Below are positions 25,958 through 36,051 of a DNA stretch of 60,437 nt, one piece after another. The position numbers and the translations under genes were made by a program. Source of the stretch: an uncultured Gammaproteobacteria bacterium (GTDB lineage Bacteria; Patescibacteriota; Microgenomatia; UBA10105; UBA927); NCBI GenBank assembly GCA_964442525.1, contig CAYTZO010000003.1, positions 4,721-65,157 on the forward strand, in the 5' to 3' direction. Every line of letters starts with the position of its first letter. Positions within the stretch are counted from its first letter, which is position 1. The notes under the pieces were generated by a model. The model saw only the letters and a program-made list of their open reading frames with translations. It made no database searches and was not told where the DNA came from.

Positions 25958-27085
25958 ATGAAGGTTGTTGTAATAATCCCCACGTATAATGAGCGGGAGA
26001 ATATTGTTGAACTTCTGGAAAAACTCGATTCTGTTCGCGCACAACTAAAACACTATACAATTGTGCTTCTTGTTGTCGATGACAACTCACCTGATGGGAC
26101 CCAAGAGCGTGTTCGTCAATTTGCGCAGTCTCATAAAGACGTGTTTTTATTGACAGGACGGAAAGAAGGACTCGGAAGAGCGCTTCTGCGGGGCATGAAA
26201 TATGCCGTGGAGACCTTTGGAGCAGACACCCTTGTACAGATAGATGCGGATCTTTCTCACGACCCGAACAAGCTGCCTGAATTTTTGAAAAAGATTAGCG
26301 AGGGGGCTGATTTTGCTGTCGGAAGCCGGTACATTCCCGGGGGATCAATTCCTGCTAATTGGGGAATACACAGAAAAATCTACAGCGTAGTGGGTAACGC
26401 TATTGTAAGGTTTGGATTGGGGCATCCCGAAATTCACGATTGGACGGGCGGGTACCGTGCGTTCCGTAAAATCTATTACGAGCGTGCAAAAGAGCGCGTA
26501 GCGCGGTACAGCGGATATGTTTTCCAAATCGCATTCCTGCATAATGCGGTGGTCTCAGGTGCAAAAGTTAGAGAAGTGCCAATCCATTTTACAGACAGGA
26601 GATTTGGGAGATCGAAGATTGCCCCTCTTCATTATATTCTCAATATTTATCTCTATATTATTTCAACCCGACTCAAAGAGATTGTCCGGATGCAATTTTT
26701 TAAGTTTGCGGCGGTCGGAACAATCGGGTTTGTCATCAACACGATCGTCCTAGAGTTATTCGTACGGGTTGGTTGGCATCCCGCAGCGGCAAGTGCCTTA
26801 GGTGCGGAGGTTGCGATCGTTTCAAATTTTTTTCTCAATAACAGCTGGACGTTCCGTCATAGTAAAATTCGCGGAATAAAGATGGTGCCGAAATTTATCC
26901 AATTTAATCTCACGTCCGTGGGAGCCATTGTCATCCAAGCGGGTACGGTGGCAATGGGATCTTGGGTATTCGGCGTGCAGCGCTATCGCATATTTTATAT
27001 TATCGGGGTAGGTCTTGGTTTGATATGGAACTACATCATGTACTCTCTCGTAATTTGGAAGAAACACCATGCGCATACCAAATAA
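25958..27085 (+). CDS. polyprenyl-phosphate-sugar synthase-like GT2 (DPM1/GtrB-like) fused to a C-terminal GtrA-like 4-TM domain
   Basis: VVIIPTYNERENI, VVDDNSPDGT, IDADLSHDP, then FFKFAAVGTIGFVINT..FFLNNSWTF.. (GtrA pattern). Confidence 0.8.
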   Translation: MKVVVIIPTYNERENIVELLEKLDSVRAQLKHYTIVLLVVDDNSPDGTQERVRQFAQSHKDVFLLTGRKEGLGRALLRGMKYAVETFGADTLVQIDADLSHDPNKLPEFLKKISEGADFAVGSRYIPGGSIPANWGIHRKIYSVVGNAIVRFGLGHPEIHDWTGGYRAFRKIYYERAKERVARYSGYVFQIAFLHNAVVSGAKVREVPIHFTDRRFGRSKIAPLHYILNIYLYIISTRLKEIVRMQFFKFAAVGTIGFVINTIVLELFVRVGWHPAAASALGAEVAIVSNFFLNNSWTFRHSKIRGIKMVPKFIQFNLTSVGAIVIQAGTVAMGSWVFGVQRYRIFYIIGVGLGLIWNYIMYSLVIWKKHHAHTK

Positions 27086-28631
27086 ATTCCGCAGCCAACT
27101 CCTTGCAATAGGCATTCTCTTTGTCATACTTCTGGTCGGAGCGTATTTGCGTGTCTATAAGATTTCGGAATATATGACGTTTTTGGGGGACGAGGGAAGG
27201 GATGTGCTGGTTGTTAAACGGATGATTGTCGATGGTAAATTTACGCTTTTAGGGCCGACCGCCTCTGTGGGAGGGTTCTTCTTGGGCCCCATCTATTATT
27301 ATTTTATGCTCCCGTTTCTTTGGCTTTGGCGGCTCGATCCCAGCGGGCCGGCGGTAATGGTAGCTATCTTTGGGATTGCAACGATTTATATCGTTTATCT
27401 CGCCGGCAAGAATTTTTTTAATGACTGGGTTGGACTCATAGCCGCAGGCTTATATGCGGTATCGCCCCTTGTCATTGCATATTCAAGGTCTTCATGGAAC
27501 CCAAACCCCGTCCCATTTTTTTCAATTCTCCTTATGTATCTTCTCTGGCGTGCAACGTTCTCGAAGCGGCTGGTGGTGTATGGCGGGATTGGCATTGTGT
27601 TGGGTATAGGGTTGCAACTTCATTACCTTTTCAGTTTTCTTTTTCTTGTTGTCGCAGCCTACACTCTGTTGTTTGCAAAACCCGAGTCGCTTCTGCGAAC
27701 GTTCGTTGCCGTCGGAGCGGGCTTTATACTTGGGTATTTTCCATTTTTGCTGTTTGAAGTGCGGCACGGTTTTCCGAATACGCAGACCGTTATCCGGTTT
27801 CTCCTCACGGGTAAAGATACGGGATTTCAGTTTATGACGTTTGTTCAGAATATTAACGACGTTACTTTCCGCCTTTTCGGCCGTCTGCTTCTTCGTTTTC
27901 CACAGCCCGAATGGTGGTATCGATACACGGTTTGGCAGAAATGGGCGTGGCTTACGGGGACGAGGCTGTCTATTTTCATGAGCGTAGTAACGGTTGTCTT
28001 TTTATTATTTCAACGGCGTCTGGATGTGCGTCAACGGCGTGCATTACAGCTTCTTTCCGTGTGGTTTGTCACGACCATTGTTCTGTTTGGATTTTATAAG
28101 AGGGCCATATACGATTATTATTTTGGTATCGTTTTTCCGCTTCCTTTTCTTCTTATTGGCCTCATTTTTTGGCTTATCGCGCGAAGAAATGTTTTTGGAA
28201 AAGCTTTGACATTTTTTGCGGTTGGCGGGCTCGTATTTTTTAACTGGCAAGGAAGGCCGTTTCTTTTTCCGCCAAATAATCAGCTTAGTCAAGCAAAAAA
28301 TATTGCCGCGATCGCCCTGTCGAAAACGGAAGGAAAGCCTTTTAATTTTGCCCTCATCACTGGCCAGAATTCTGACTATGCGTACCGATATTTTTTTGAG
28401 GTATGGGGGCGTGCGCCGGTAACTATTGAAAATGAGATCAATGATCCCCGGCGCCGGACCGTCACCGATCAACTCATCGTCATTTGCGAGCTTCCGAAAT
28501 CCATGTGTCAGCCGCTTGGGAATTCTCTTTGGGAAATCGCCGGCTTTGGACGTGCGGAGATTGCCGGCGTTTGGGACGCGTCGTTTATTACTATTTATCG
28601 CTTGATTCACTATACCGGGGGTACACAGTGA
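27069..28631 (+). CDS. GT-C membrane glycosyltransferase, ArnT/PMT_2 (GT39/83)-like
   Basis: 520 aa, at least 10 TM helices. First-loop acidic motif FLGDEGRDVLVVKRM. Paralogue of the gene at 59560. Confidence 0.65.
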   Translation: MRIPNKFRSQLLAIGILFVILLVGAYLRVYKISEYMTFLGDEGRDVLVVKRMIVDGKFTLLGPTASVGGFFLGPIYYYFMLPFLWLWRLDPSGPAVMVAIFGIATIYIVYLAGKNFFNDWVGLIAAGLYAVSPLVIAYSRSSWNPNPVPFFSILLMYLLWRATFSKRLVVYGGIGIVLGIGLQLHYLFSFLFLVVAAYTLLFAKPESLLRTFVAVGAGFILGYFPFLLFEVRHGFPNTQTVIRFLLTGKDTGFQFMTFVQNINDVTFRLFGRLLLRFPQPEWWYRYTVWQKWAWLTGTRLSIFMSVVTVVFLLFQRRLDVRQRRALQLLSVWFVTTIVLFGFYKRAIYDYYFGIVFPLPFLLIGLIFWLIARRNVFGKALTFFAVGGLVFFNWQGRPFLFPPNNQLSQAKNIAAIALSKTEGKPFNFALITGQNSDYAYRYFFEVWGRAPVTIENEINDPRRRTVTDQLIVICELPKSMCQPLGNSLWEIAGFGRAEIAGVWDASFITIYRLIHYTGGTQ

Positions 28632-29380
28632 TACGCACATTCGTAACGGTTGTCGTCCCTGCATACAACGAAGCAACAAATATCCGCCTCGGTGCCCTCG
28701 AGAAAGTGTTGCATTACCTTGAGAAGCAGACATATCAGTGGGAAGTAGTTATTGTAAACGATGGCTCAACAGACGAAACAAAAGAACTGTTAGAAAACTT
28801 CTGTTCGTCAAATAGAGGATTCCGACTCGTCAATAACTCCCATCAGGGCAAAGCAATAACCGTGATGACCGGTATGAGTCACGCCCGGGGGGACATTGTT
28901 CTTTTTAGTGATCTGGATCAAGCAACGCCCATTACCGAGCTTACCGTGGTGCTTCCGTGGTTTGACAGGGGATATGACGTAGTCATCGGTTCCCGGCGGG
29001 GTCGTCGCGAGGGCGCACCCCTCATGCGGCTTGTCATGGCACGGGGATTTATGATTCTCCGCAGTATTATTCTTGGTCTTCATGGCATAACCGACACGCA
29101 ATGCGGGTTTAAGGCATTCCGCAAAGAAGTTGTACACGACATTTTCTCGCGTCTTAGGCTTTACAAAGATCACCAACGCGCCAGCGGCGCGATGGTGACA
29201 GCAGGTTTTGACATAGAGCTACTTTTTATAGCGAAAAAATTAGGATACAAAATCAAGGAAGTTCCCGTCGAATGGCATTATGTAGAAACCAGAAGGGTAA
29301 ATCCTCTCAGAGACTCCTGGCAAGGATTTATTGATATTGTGCGGATTAGACTCAACGCGCTCCGAGGTCAATACGGGTAA
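28628..29380 (+). CDS. GT2 glycosyltransferase, dolichyl/polyprenyl-phosphate beta-glucosyltransferase-like
   Basis: VVVPAYNEATNI, VIVNDGSTDET, FSDLDQATP, DTQCGFKAFRKEV. GTG 28628 gives a GTGA overlap with the upstream stop. Confidence 0.8.
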   Translation: MIRTFVTVVVPAYNEATNIRLGALEKVLHYLEKQTYQWEVVIVNDGSTDETKELLENFCSSNRGFRLVNNSHQGKAITVMTGMSHARGDIVLFSDLDQATPITELTVVLPWFDRGYDVVIGSRRGRREGAPLMRLVMARGFMILRSIILGLHGITDTQCGFKAFRKEVVHDIFSRLRLYKDHQRASGAMVTAGFDIELLFIAKKLGYKIKEVPVEWHYVETRRVNPLRDSWQGFIDIVRIRLNALRGQYG

Positions 29381-29388
29381 GTGGTTCT

Positions 29389-30525
29389 ATGAAATATCAA
29401 AAAATTCTCCTCTTTTGCTATGCCGCGTTCTCTGTTTTTCTTTTTTTGTACTCCTATACACAGGTAGATTTAAACCTCACGTTGTCCCGGACAAGCATAT
29501 GGCAGATTATACAAAAATATTTTCAATACATAGGGTATTTTCAGCGCCCGTTGTCAACGGGTCTCTACCTATTGATTCTTACCGCTTTTTTTGTCCTCTA
29601 TGGAACCGTCTTGAGACTTGCGGCCCGAGGGAGATTGGATGAACGGTTCCTCTGGCGTATTGTTTTCTTGGTAACCATTGTCGTCGTTTTTTCCTACCCC
29701 GCCTTTTCTGCTGACATATTTAATTACATGTTTACTGCCAAAACGGTTCTTGTCTATCGTCAAAATCCTTACGTACTCATCCCAGGACAACTTATCGGTA
29801 TTGAACCCTGGATTATGTTTATGCGCTGGATCCATTTGCCTACCGCCTATACACCCGTCTGGATTGGTCTTACATTGCCGGCGTATCTTTTGGGGTTTGG
29901 ATATTTTCTTCTCATTATGTGGAACATAAAAATTCTCGCGGCATTCTTTTACCTTGCGACGATATGGCTCATCGGTAACGTTATCGCGATGATCGAACCG
30001 AAACATAAAGTACTCAGCATGGCAATTTTTGCTTTTAATCCGCTTATCATGATTGAAACTCTGGTAAGCGGTCACAACGATATTGCGATGATGGCGGCGG
30101 CGGTATTTGCCTATTACCTCTATCGTACCAACAATAAATGGGGTTCATGGTTTGCCCTTTCGATATCGGTAGCTCTTAAATTCATGACCCTTTTCCTCAT
30201 CCCCGCGTATGTCCTAAAATGGAATCGTCTTGTTGCGCTCGCGTTCATGTTTTTTGGACTTATCCTCGTTATCTCAAAACGAGAATTTTTACCGTGGTAT
30301 TGGGTCTGGATTATGCCTTTTGTCGCACTTTTACCGGGGAGTCGGGACATCACGATTCTCTCTTTTGGCATTTCCGCAGGTCTTCTGCTTCGCTATGTCC
30401 CATATTTGTATCTCGGTAACTACAATCCGCCGGTTCCTGCTGCCCGCGTGATCCTTATGTGGATTCCGATTGTTCTCTCTGTTCTCATGCTCATTGTTAA
30501 GAGACGTTTTTCGTTGAAGACCTAA
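29389..30525 (+). CDS. polytopic membrane protein, putative GT-C (DUF2029/GT87-like)
   Basis: 378 aa, about 10 TM helices. Loop motifs SADIFNY and NPLIMIETLVSGHNDIAMM. Family assignment is tentative. Confidence 0.45.
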   Translation: MKYQKILLFCYAAFSVFLFLYSYTQVDLNLTLSRTSIWQIIQKYFQYIGYFQRPLSTGLYLLILTAFFVLYGTVLRLAARGRLDERFLWRIVFLVTIVVVFSYPAFSADIFNYMFTAKTVLVYRQNPYVLIPGQLIGIEPWIMFMRWIHLPTAYTPVWIGLTLPAYLLGFGYFLLIMWNIKILAAFFYLATIWLIGNVIAMIEPKHKVLSMAIFAFNPLIMIETLVSGHNDIAMMAAAVFAYYLYRTNNKWGSWFALSISVALKFMTLFLIPAYVLKWNRLVALAFMFFGLILVISKREFLPWYWVWIMPFVALLPGSRDITILSFGISAGLLLRYVPYLYLGNYNPPVPAARVILMWIPIVLSVLMLIVKRRFSLKT

Positions 30526-30613
30526 AGCCAGATTCTTGGAACTTTCTCGATTAGATTCTTCTAACGAATTTTACGTTTGCTCCCCTTTTGTTGCTTTGAG
30601 TATAATCGAATAT

Positions 30614-32140
30614 ATGACAATAAAATCACCCGGATGGGGGAAGGTGATTCTCGTACTCTTGCTTCTTCTGGGTCTCTACCTCGCTATGAGGCTTCCAAAC
30701 CTTACAAAACTTCCCATATTTACGGATGAAGCAATCTATATCCGTTGGTCTCAGATTGGAGCGAGAGACGCCAACTGGCGGTTTATCTCGCTTACGGACG
30801 GGAAACAGCCTATGTTTACCTGGATCGTCATGGTACTTCTGCGAGTGGTCCGCGGCGACCCGCTGTTTGTCGGGAGGCTTGCGTCGGTCATCGCCGGCGG
30901 TGCGAGTATCATTGGTTTAGCGTTCCTTTCATTTGAACTTTTCCGAAGCTCGCGGATTGCCATTCTTGCCCCGCTTCTGTATCTCGTCTCTCCATTTGCC
31001 CTTATGTATGACCGTATGGCACTCTATGACAGCTTAGTTGCCGCCTTTTATATTTGGAATTTGTATTTTGCGGTCCGCTTGGTTCGGGAGGGTCGAGCTG
31101 ACATTGCGCTCATTTTGGGGATGACATTGGGTGCCGGCATGCTCAATAAAACGTCGGGTTTTTTTAGTTTGTATCTTCTCCCGGGGACCCTCGTTCTTTT
31201 TGACGTGAAAAAAAAGGGGCTGGCGGGCAGACTTTTTCGATGGGCCGGACTCGCAGCTCTGGCTGCAGTACTCTCACAGGTGTTTTATAGTATTCTTCGG
31301 CTTTCTCCGTTTTTTTCTATGGTTGCAGAGAAAGACAATGTGTTTATCTATACGTTTTCCGAGTGGTTTACCCATCCGTTTACGTTCCTTCAGGGAAACC
31401 TGAGCGGCTTGTTTGACTGGCTGCGAGGCTATTTGACCCTTCCTCTGTTTATTGCGACACTCGCGGGGATTATTGTCCCATGGAAAAATCTGCGGGAGAA
31501 GCTCGTGCTTTTCATTTTTTGGTTTGCACCGTTTGTTGCCCTCGCCCTTTTTGGGAAGGTGCTTTATCCCAGGTTCATTTTATTTATGACGATGCCGCTT
31601 TTGGTTTTGGTGGCTGTTGTGACAGATTGGCTCATTAGCCGCCTCAGGACGAACGTGTGGAAGCTTGCGGCAATTATTGTTTTATTTAGCCAGAGTCTTT
31701 TTATCGATTACTTTATAATCACCAATCCTCTCTATGCACGGATTCCCGACGCCGACAGAGGCCAGTACATTGACAATTGGCCGGCCGGTTGGGGGGTAGC
31801 AGAAGTAAATAGGTATCTCAAAGACGCCTCTAGCAAGAGCAAAATCGCGGTGTTTACCGAGGGAACGTTTGGGCTTTTGCCTGCGGCGATTGAAATGTAT
31901 GCTATCGACAATCCCAATATAGAGGCGAAGGGTTTCTGGCCCATTCCCAAAACGATACCTTCTGAAATGGCCGATTCAGCCCGTGCGAGACCGACGTTTT
32001 TTGTCATGAATCAAACTCAAATTATACCGGCAGGATGGCCTCTCCGCGAAATCTTTGAATATCAAAAGGGCAACCGTGAAGATAGAAAGCTTCGGTTTTT
32101 TCAGGTGATACCAGAAGGAACGACGAAGCCCTCGATATGA
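30614..32140 (+). CDS. GT-C membrane glycosyltransferase, ArnT/PMT_2-like
   Basis: MTIKSPGWGKVILVLLLLLGLYLAMRL..PIFTDEAIYIRW (DE motif in loop 1). A TATAAT box (30601-30606) lies 7 nt upstream of the ATG. Confidence 0.7.
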   Translation: MTIKSPGWGKVILVLLLLLGLYLAMRLPNLTKLPIFTDEAIYIRWSQIGARDANWRFISLTDGKQPMFTWIVMVLLRVVRGDPLFVGRLASVIAGGASIIGLAFLSFELFRSSRIAILAPLLYLVSPFALMYDRMALYDSLVAAFYIWNLYFAVRLVREGRADIALILGMTLGAGMLNKTSGFFSLYLLPGTLVLFDVKKKGLAGRLFRWAGLAALAAVLSQVFYSILRLSPFFSMVAEKDNVFIYTFSEWFTHPFTFLQGNLSGLFDWLRGYLTLPLFIATLAGIIVPWKNLREKLVLFIFWFAPFVALALFGKVLYPRFILFMTMPLLVLVAVVTDWLISRLRTNVWKLAAIIVLFSQSLFIDYFIITNPLYARIPDADRGQYIDNWPAGWGVAEVNRYLKDASSKSKIAVFTEGTFGLLPAAIEMYAIDNPNIEAKGFWPIPKTIPSEMADSARARPTFFVMNQTQIIPAGWPLREIFEYQKGNREDRKLRFFQVIPEGTTKPSI

Positions 32141-33663
32141 AAAAGTTTTTGTCTGAGTGGTGGGTGTACCTCCTGATCATCGCAGCGCTTGCTTTTCTCC
32201 TGTGGCCGCTCTTGCGGCCCGGATTTTTTGTGTCCGACGACGGCGAATGGATGATTATTCGGCTATCCGCTTTTTTTCAGAGCCTAAGACAAGGTCAGTT
32301 CCCCGTGCGCTTTTTAGGGAGACTGAATCAAAGTTACGGGTATCCGGTGGCAAATTTTCTCTATCCAGGTTTTATGTATCTCGGTTCTCTCATTCGCGCT
32401 GCGGGCTTTTCTTTTGTGGATACGGTGAAGATAGTTATTGCATTGTCGGTTGTCGGGTCAGCGCTCACGGTTTTTTTATGGCTCAGAACGAGATTTGATA
32501 GGCTTCCTGCCGCGGTCGGCGCCGTGGCGTTTATATTGGCTCCCTATATCATCTTTGATATATATCGCCGAGGATCGGTCGGTGAGGTGCTGGCATTATT
32601 TCCGGCAGTCGTGGGTTTTTATAGTCTTTCGACCGGGAGGCGATGGCTTTTTAGCCTGGCGGTAGGATTTCTCATTCTAAGCCACAATACACTCGCGATG
32701 CTTTTTGTGGGAGTGTACATACTTTATATGAGTATTCACCGTAAGAATGAATTTTTGTTGCCTTTGACGATTGGCATAGGCATTGCCGGTTTTTTCTGGC
32801 TTCCGGCATTTTTTGAACGCCGCTTCGTTATCTTTGACAACACTGTGATATCTGACCCAGGGCGTTTTTTTGTGACAGCCGAAAACATCGGACTTCTCGG
32901 AGTCGCAAATCTTCTCATTGCTTTGTCACTCCTTATGCGGCCGAGAAAAAAGTGGGACCGCACAAATATTTTTTTCCTTACGATATTTATCGTCGCTATA
33001 ATACTCGCGACGCCATTCTCTTCAGTCATCTGGTCTTGGAGAGTTCTTGCGAGGCTTATACAGTTTCCTTATAGATGGTTAGCAGTTTCGACGGTTGCGG
33101 CGCCATGGATGTTTGCATCTGTCCTGACAGAGGTACCGAAAGGAATACGTTTTGCCATGACAGCCTTGAGTCTGGTGATTTTGCTCATTTTTGCCATACC
33201 GATGCTCCAAAAAATACAATACATTGCTTACCCTGAAGGATATTATACGACAAACGAGGCGACGACGACCGTGGCGGACGAGTACATGCCGCGTTGGGTT
33301 ATCAAGAAGCCGGAGCGCAGACCAGCGGCGAAGATTGAATTCGTATTAGGAAAGGGGAAAATTTATATGAACGGTACTGGTACGCAGCGAATAAATGCGA
33401 CCGTTGAAGCCGCTGAAAATAGCATAGTGCAAATAAACACCATTTATTATCCTGGCTGGGGTGCTGCGCTTGATGGTGTGCCGGCGACCATAAATTATCG
33501 TAATCCATATGGCGTGATGAGGATTGCCGTGCCGTCAGGCAGACACAAAATTCTTGCAGAATTTCGCGAGACGCCGGCTCGACTTTTAGCCGACGTTGTA
33601 TCGATCGTGTCGCTTGCCGCGTTAGGGATACTGACTCCGCGCTGGAAGACAAAAAAAGCGTAA
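32137..33663 (+). CDS. large membrane protein of the PTPS-related (PF10131-like) putative GT-C family, paralogue 1
   Basis: N-terminal motif FFVSDDGEWMIIRLSAFFQSLRQGQFPVRFLGRLNQSYGYPVANFLYP. C-terminal YYPGW..LDG module plus a final TM helix. Confidence 0.55.
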   Translation: MKKFLSEWWVYLLIIAALAFLLWPLLRPGFFVSDDGEWMIIRLSAFFQSLRQGQFPVRFLGRLNQSYGYPVANFLYPGFMYLGSLIRAAGFSFVDTVKIVIALSVVGSALTVFLWLRTRFDRLPAAVGAVAFILAPYIIFDIYRRGSVGEVLALFPAVVGFYSLSTGRRWLFSLAVGFLILSHNTLAMLFVGVYILYMSIHRKNEFLLPLTIGIGIAGFFWLPAFFERRFVIFDNTVISDPGRFFVTAENIGLLGVANLLIALSLLMRPRKKWDRTNIFFLTIFIVAIILATPFSSVIWSWRVLARLIQFPYRWLAVSTVAAPWMFASVLTEVPKGIRFAMTALSLVILLIFAIPMLQKIQYIAYPEGYYTTNEATTTVADEYMPRWVIKKPERRPAAKIEFVLGKGKIYMNGTGTQRINATVEAAENSIVQINTIYYPGWGAALDGVPATINYRNPYGVMRIAVPSGRHKILAEFRETPARLLADVVSIVSLAALGILTPRWKTKKA

Positions 33664-33665
33664 TT

Positions 33666-35327
33666 ATGTGGCGATTTATCGTGGGAATAAGCATAATAAT
33701 CCTTGCCTCATATTGGGCGGTTCGGCCTCTGTTTTCGCCGGGATTTTTTCCGATGCACGACGATACTCAGGTTGGGCGGGTGGTCGCGATGGGAGCGGCC
33801 ATACGCAACGGGCAATTTCCCGTTCGATGGGTTTCGGATCTGGGATACGGATATGGATATCCGATCTTTAATTTTTACGGCCCGTTGCCCTACTACGCAG
33901 GAGGGGCGCTGTACGCATTGGGAATGTCCGGACTCTCCGCGACAAAGGCGATGTTTGTTTTGGGTATGGTGCTTGCAGCCATTAGTATGTACTTTTCTGT
34001 TGTCCCTTTTCTTGGACAGGAAGGGGCAATAGCGGCCGGCATCCTTTATCTCTATGCGCCTTATCATGCGGTACAAGTGTATGTGCGAGGCGCGGTAGGG
34101 GAATTTTGGGCGCTTATTTTTTTACCGCTCATTTTTTGGAGCATTTTGTCAAGTTTTTCGGGCGTAGAGAAACAAAAGAAAGCAATTCTCGTAGGAAGTC
34201 TCGGACTTGCGGGGGTCATCGTATCTCATACTATTTTAGGTTACATTGTAATCGTTTTGTCGATGCTATCTCTCGTGGCGTTTTGGGCCGTAAGGATTTT
34301 TCAAAAAAGAGTAGAACGAAGTCTTCTGCGCACTCACGTACTTACGCTTCTTGCCGGTCTGGGAATAACGGCATTTTTTTGGCTTCCGGCAATTGCCGAA
34401 ATGCGCTACACTACCGTTGCCGCGCAAATCGGTTCCTCTGCCCGTTACACTGATCACTTTGTTTGCTTATCTCAACTTTGGAATTCGCCCTGGGGGTTTG
34501 GCGGATCTGTCCCCGGATGTTCAGACGGCTTGTCATTTCGGTTGGGTAAGCTTCAGATTTTAGGTGCAGGTGTTGCGCTTCTTCTTTGGTTCATAAGAAA
34601 AAAATTACGGGTGCCTCAGTTTATCTGGCTTGCATTTGGTATGACGATGCTTGCGCTATTTTTTATGCTTCCGGTTTCTTCATTCGCATGGACGGTCCTG
34701 CCGGGCTTTGCCTTCATTCAGTATCCCTGGCGTTTTTTGGTCTTTGCAATATTTGGGCTTTCTTTGCTTTCTGCAAGTCTCGTGGTCATCCCGAAAAACT
34801 CGCTTTTTCGTATACTAATCATGTGCATTTTAGCCGTTGGAACGATCATCTACAGCGCCAAACTATTCAGGCCTCAATATCTCTATGCGAGAGATCCAAA
34901 GGCATTTGAAAGCAGGGAAGAGTTGCGTTTTCGAGTCTCAAAAATCTCCGATGAATATCTGCCGGCGGCCATTGAGAGACCAAAAAGCGTTTCGGATGTT
35001 CCGAGCGAGGCCATTGTTCCTACCCAGTCTTTCCGTGTCGAGACGGAAATAGATCGCGAGACATATGCAAAGTTTATCCTTATGAGCACGTCGGATCAGA
35101 TTATCACCATCAACCGAGCATATTTTCCTGGGTGGAAATATTGGGTAAACGGCAAAGAGACAGAGGCGAAGCTGGTCCGGGGACTTCCTACCGTGCCGGT
35201 GCCACAAGGGTATTCGGTCGTCGAGATGAGACTTGTCAACACGCCGGTTCGTTCGCTTGCCAATGCCGTAAGTATCGTAACAATACTTTTTCTTATTTAT
35301 GCCTATGGGAAAAAAACCAACGCTTAA
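33666..35327 (+). CDS. large membrane protein of the PTPS-related-like family, paralogue 2
   Basis: FFPMHDDTQVGRVVAMGAAIRNGQFPVRWVSDLGYGYGYPIFNFYGPLPYY. C-terminal YFPGWKYWVNG module plus a final TM helix. Confidence 0.55.
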   Translation: MWRFIVGISIIILASYWAVRPLFSPGFFPMHDDTQVGRVVAMGAAIRNGQFPVRWVSDLGYGYGYPIFNFYGPLPYYAGGALYALGMSGLSATKAMFVLGMVLAAISMYFSVVPFLGQEGAIAAGILYLYAPYHAVQVYVRGAVGEFWALIFLPLIFWSILSSFSGVEKQKKAILVGSLGLAGVIVSHTILGYIVIVLSMLSLVAFWAVRIFQKRVERSLLRTHVLTLLAGLGITAFFWLPAIAEMRYTTVAAQIGSSARYTDHFVCLSQLWNSPWGFGGSVPGCSDGLSFRLGKLQILGAGVALLLWFIRKKLRVPQFIWLAFGMTMLALFFMLPVSSFAWTVLPGFAFIQYPWRFLVFAIFGLSLLSASLVVIPKNSLFRILIMCILAVGTIIYSAKLFRPQYLYARDPKAFESREELRFRVSKISDEYLPAAIERPKSVSDVPSEAIVPTQSFRVETEIDRETYAKFILMSTSDQIITINRAYFPGWKYWVNGKETEAKLVRGLPTVPVPQGYSVVEMRLVNTPVRSLANAVSIVTILFLIYAYGKKTNA

Positions 35328-36051
35328 TATTGTTATCCCGGTACACAACGAGTCCGGTGAGCTAGAAACCAGTGTGCGGACGCTCGTTCGTTACCTTTCG
35401 GAGAATTTAAAAGATTTTGTCTGGAGCGTGACTATTGCGGATAATGCCTCAACGGACAAAACGTACGACATTGCCCGGGCATTGATGAGGAAGGATGCAC
35501 GGATTCATGTAATTCATCTCAATCAAAAGGGCAGGGGAAGAGCCGTAAAATACGCATGGCAGCATTGTGCGGATGACGTTGTTGCATACATGGACGTGGA
35601 CCTTTCTACCGATCTTAAGCATTTTTCCCCTTTGGTCCGGTCGCTTACCAGGGGTTACGATCTTGCTATCGGGACACGTAACGCCAGAGGAAGCAGGGTA
35701 TACGGGCGCAACAGACTGCGTACGATAACGTCGAAAGGGTACATCATGCTTATTAAAACATTTTTTTGGGTACACTTTAGCGATGCGCAGTGCGGGTTCA
35801 AGGCCGCGACGCGCCACGCGGTTCGTTCGCTTATTCCCCACATTCAAGACAATGAATGGTTTTTCGATTCAGAGTTGTTACTTCTCGCGGAAAAGCTCGG
35901 TTATCATATTTATGAAGAGCCGGTTACGTGGGTAGATAATCCCGGCTCCACCGTACGGGTTCTCAAAACGGCGACCGGAGATCTCAGGGGTCTGGGGAGG
36001 ATGTTCGTCACAAGGCCATGGGTAAAGCTTCGCACATATGCCAGACGTTGA
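35299..36051 (+). CDS. GT2 glycosyltransferase, polyprenyl-phosphate-sugar synthase-like
   Basis: IVIPVHNESGEL, IADNASTDKT, MDVDLSTD, DAQCGFKAATRHAV. 29-nt overlap with the upstream gene. Confidence 0.8.
   Translation: MPMGKKPTLNIVIPVHNESGELETSVRTLVRYLSENLKDFVWSVTIADNASTDKTYDIARALMRKDARIHVIHLNQKGRGRAVKYAWQHCADDVVAYMDVDLSTDLKHFSPLVRSLTRGYDLAIGTRNARGSRVYGRNRLRTITSKGYIMLIKTFFWVHFSDAQCGFKAATRHAVRSLIPHIQDNEWFFDSELLLLAEKLGYHIYEEPVTWVDNPGSTVRVLKTATGDLRGLGRMFVTRPWVKLRTYARR

Noticed and set aside
28044-28733. 229-aa minus-strand ORF
   Set aside because: Antisense to the ArnT-like gene and the GT2 start. The Lys/Arg-rich translation reflects the complement of Phe/Leu-rich TM coding. Shadow ORF.
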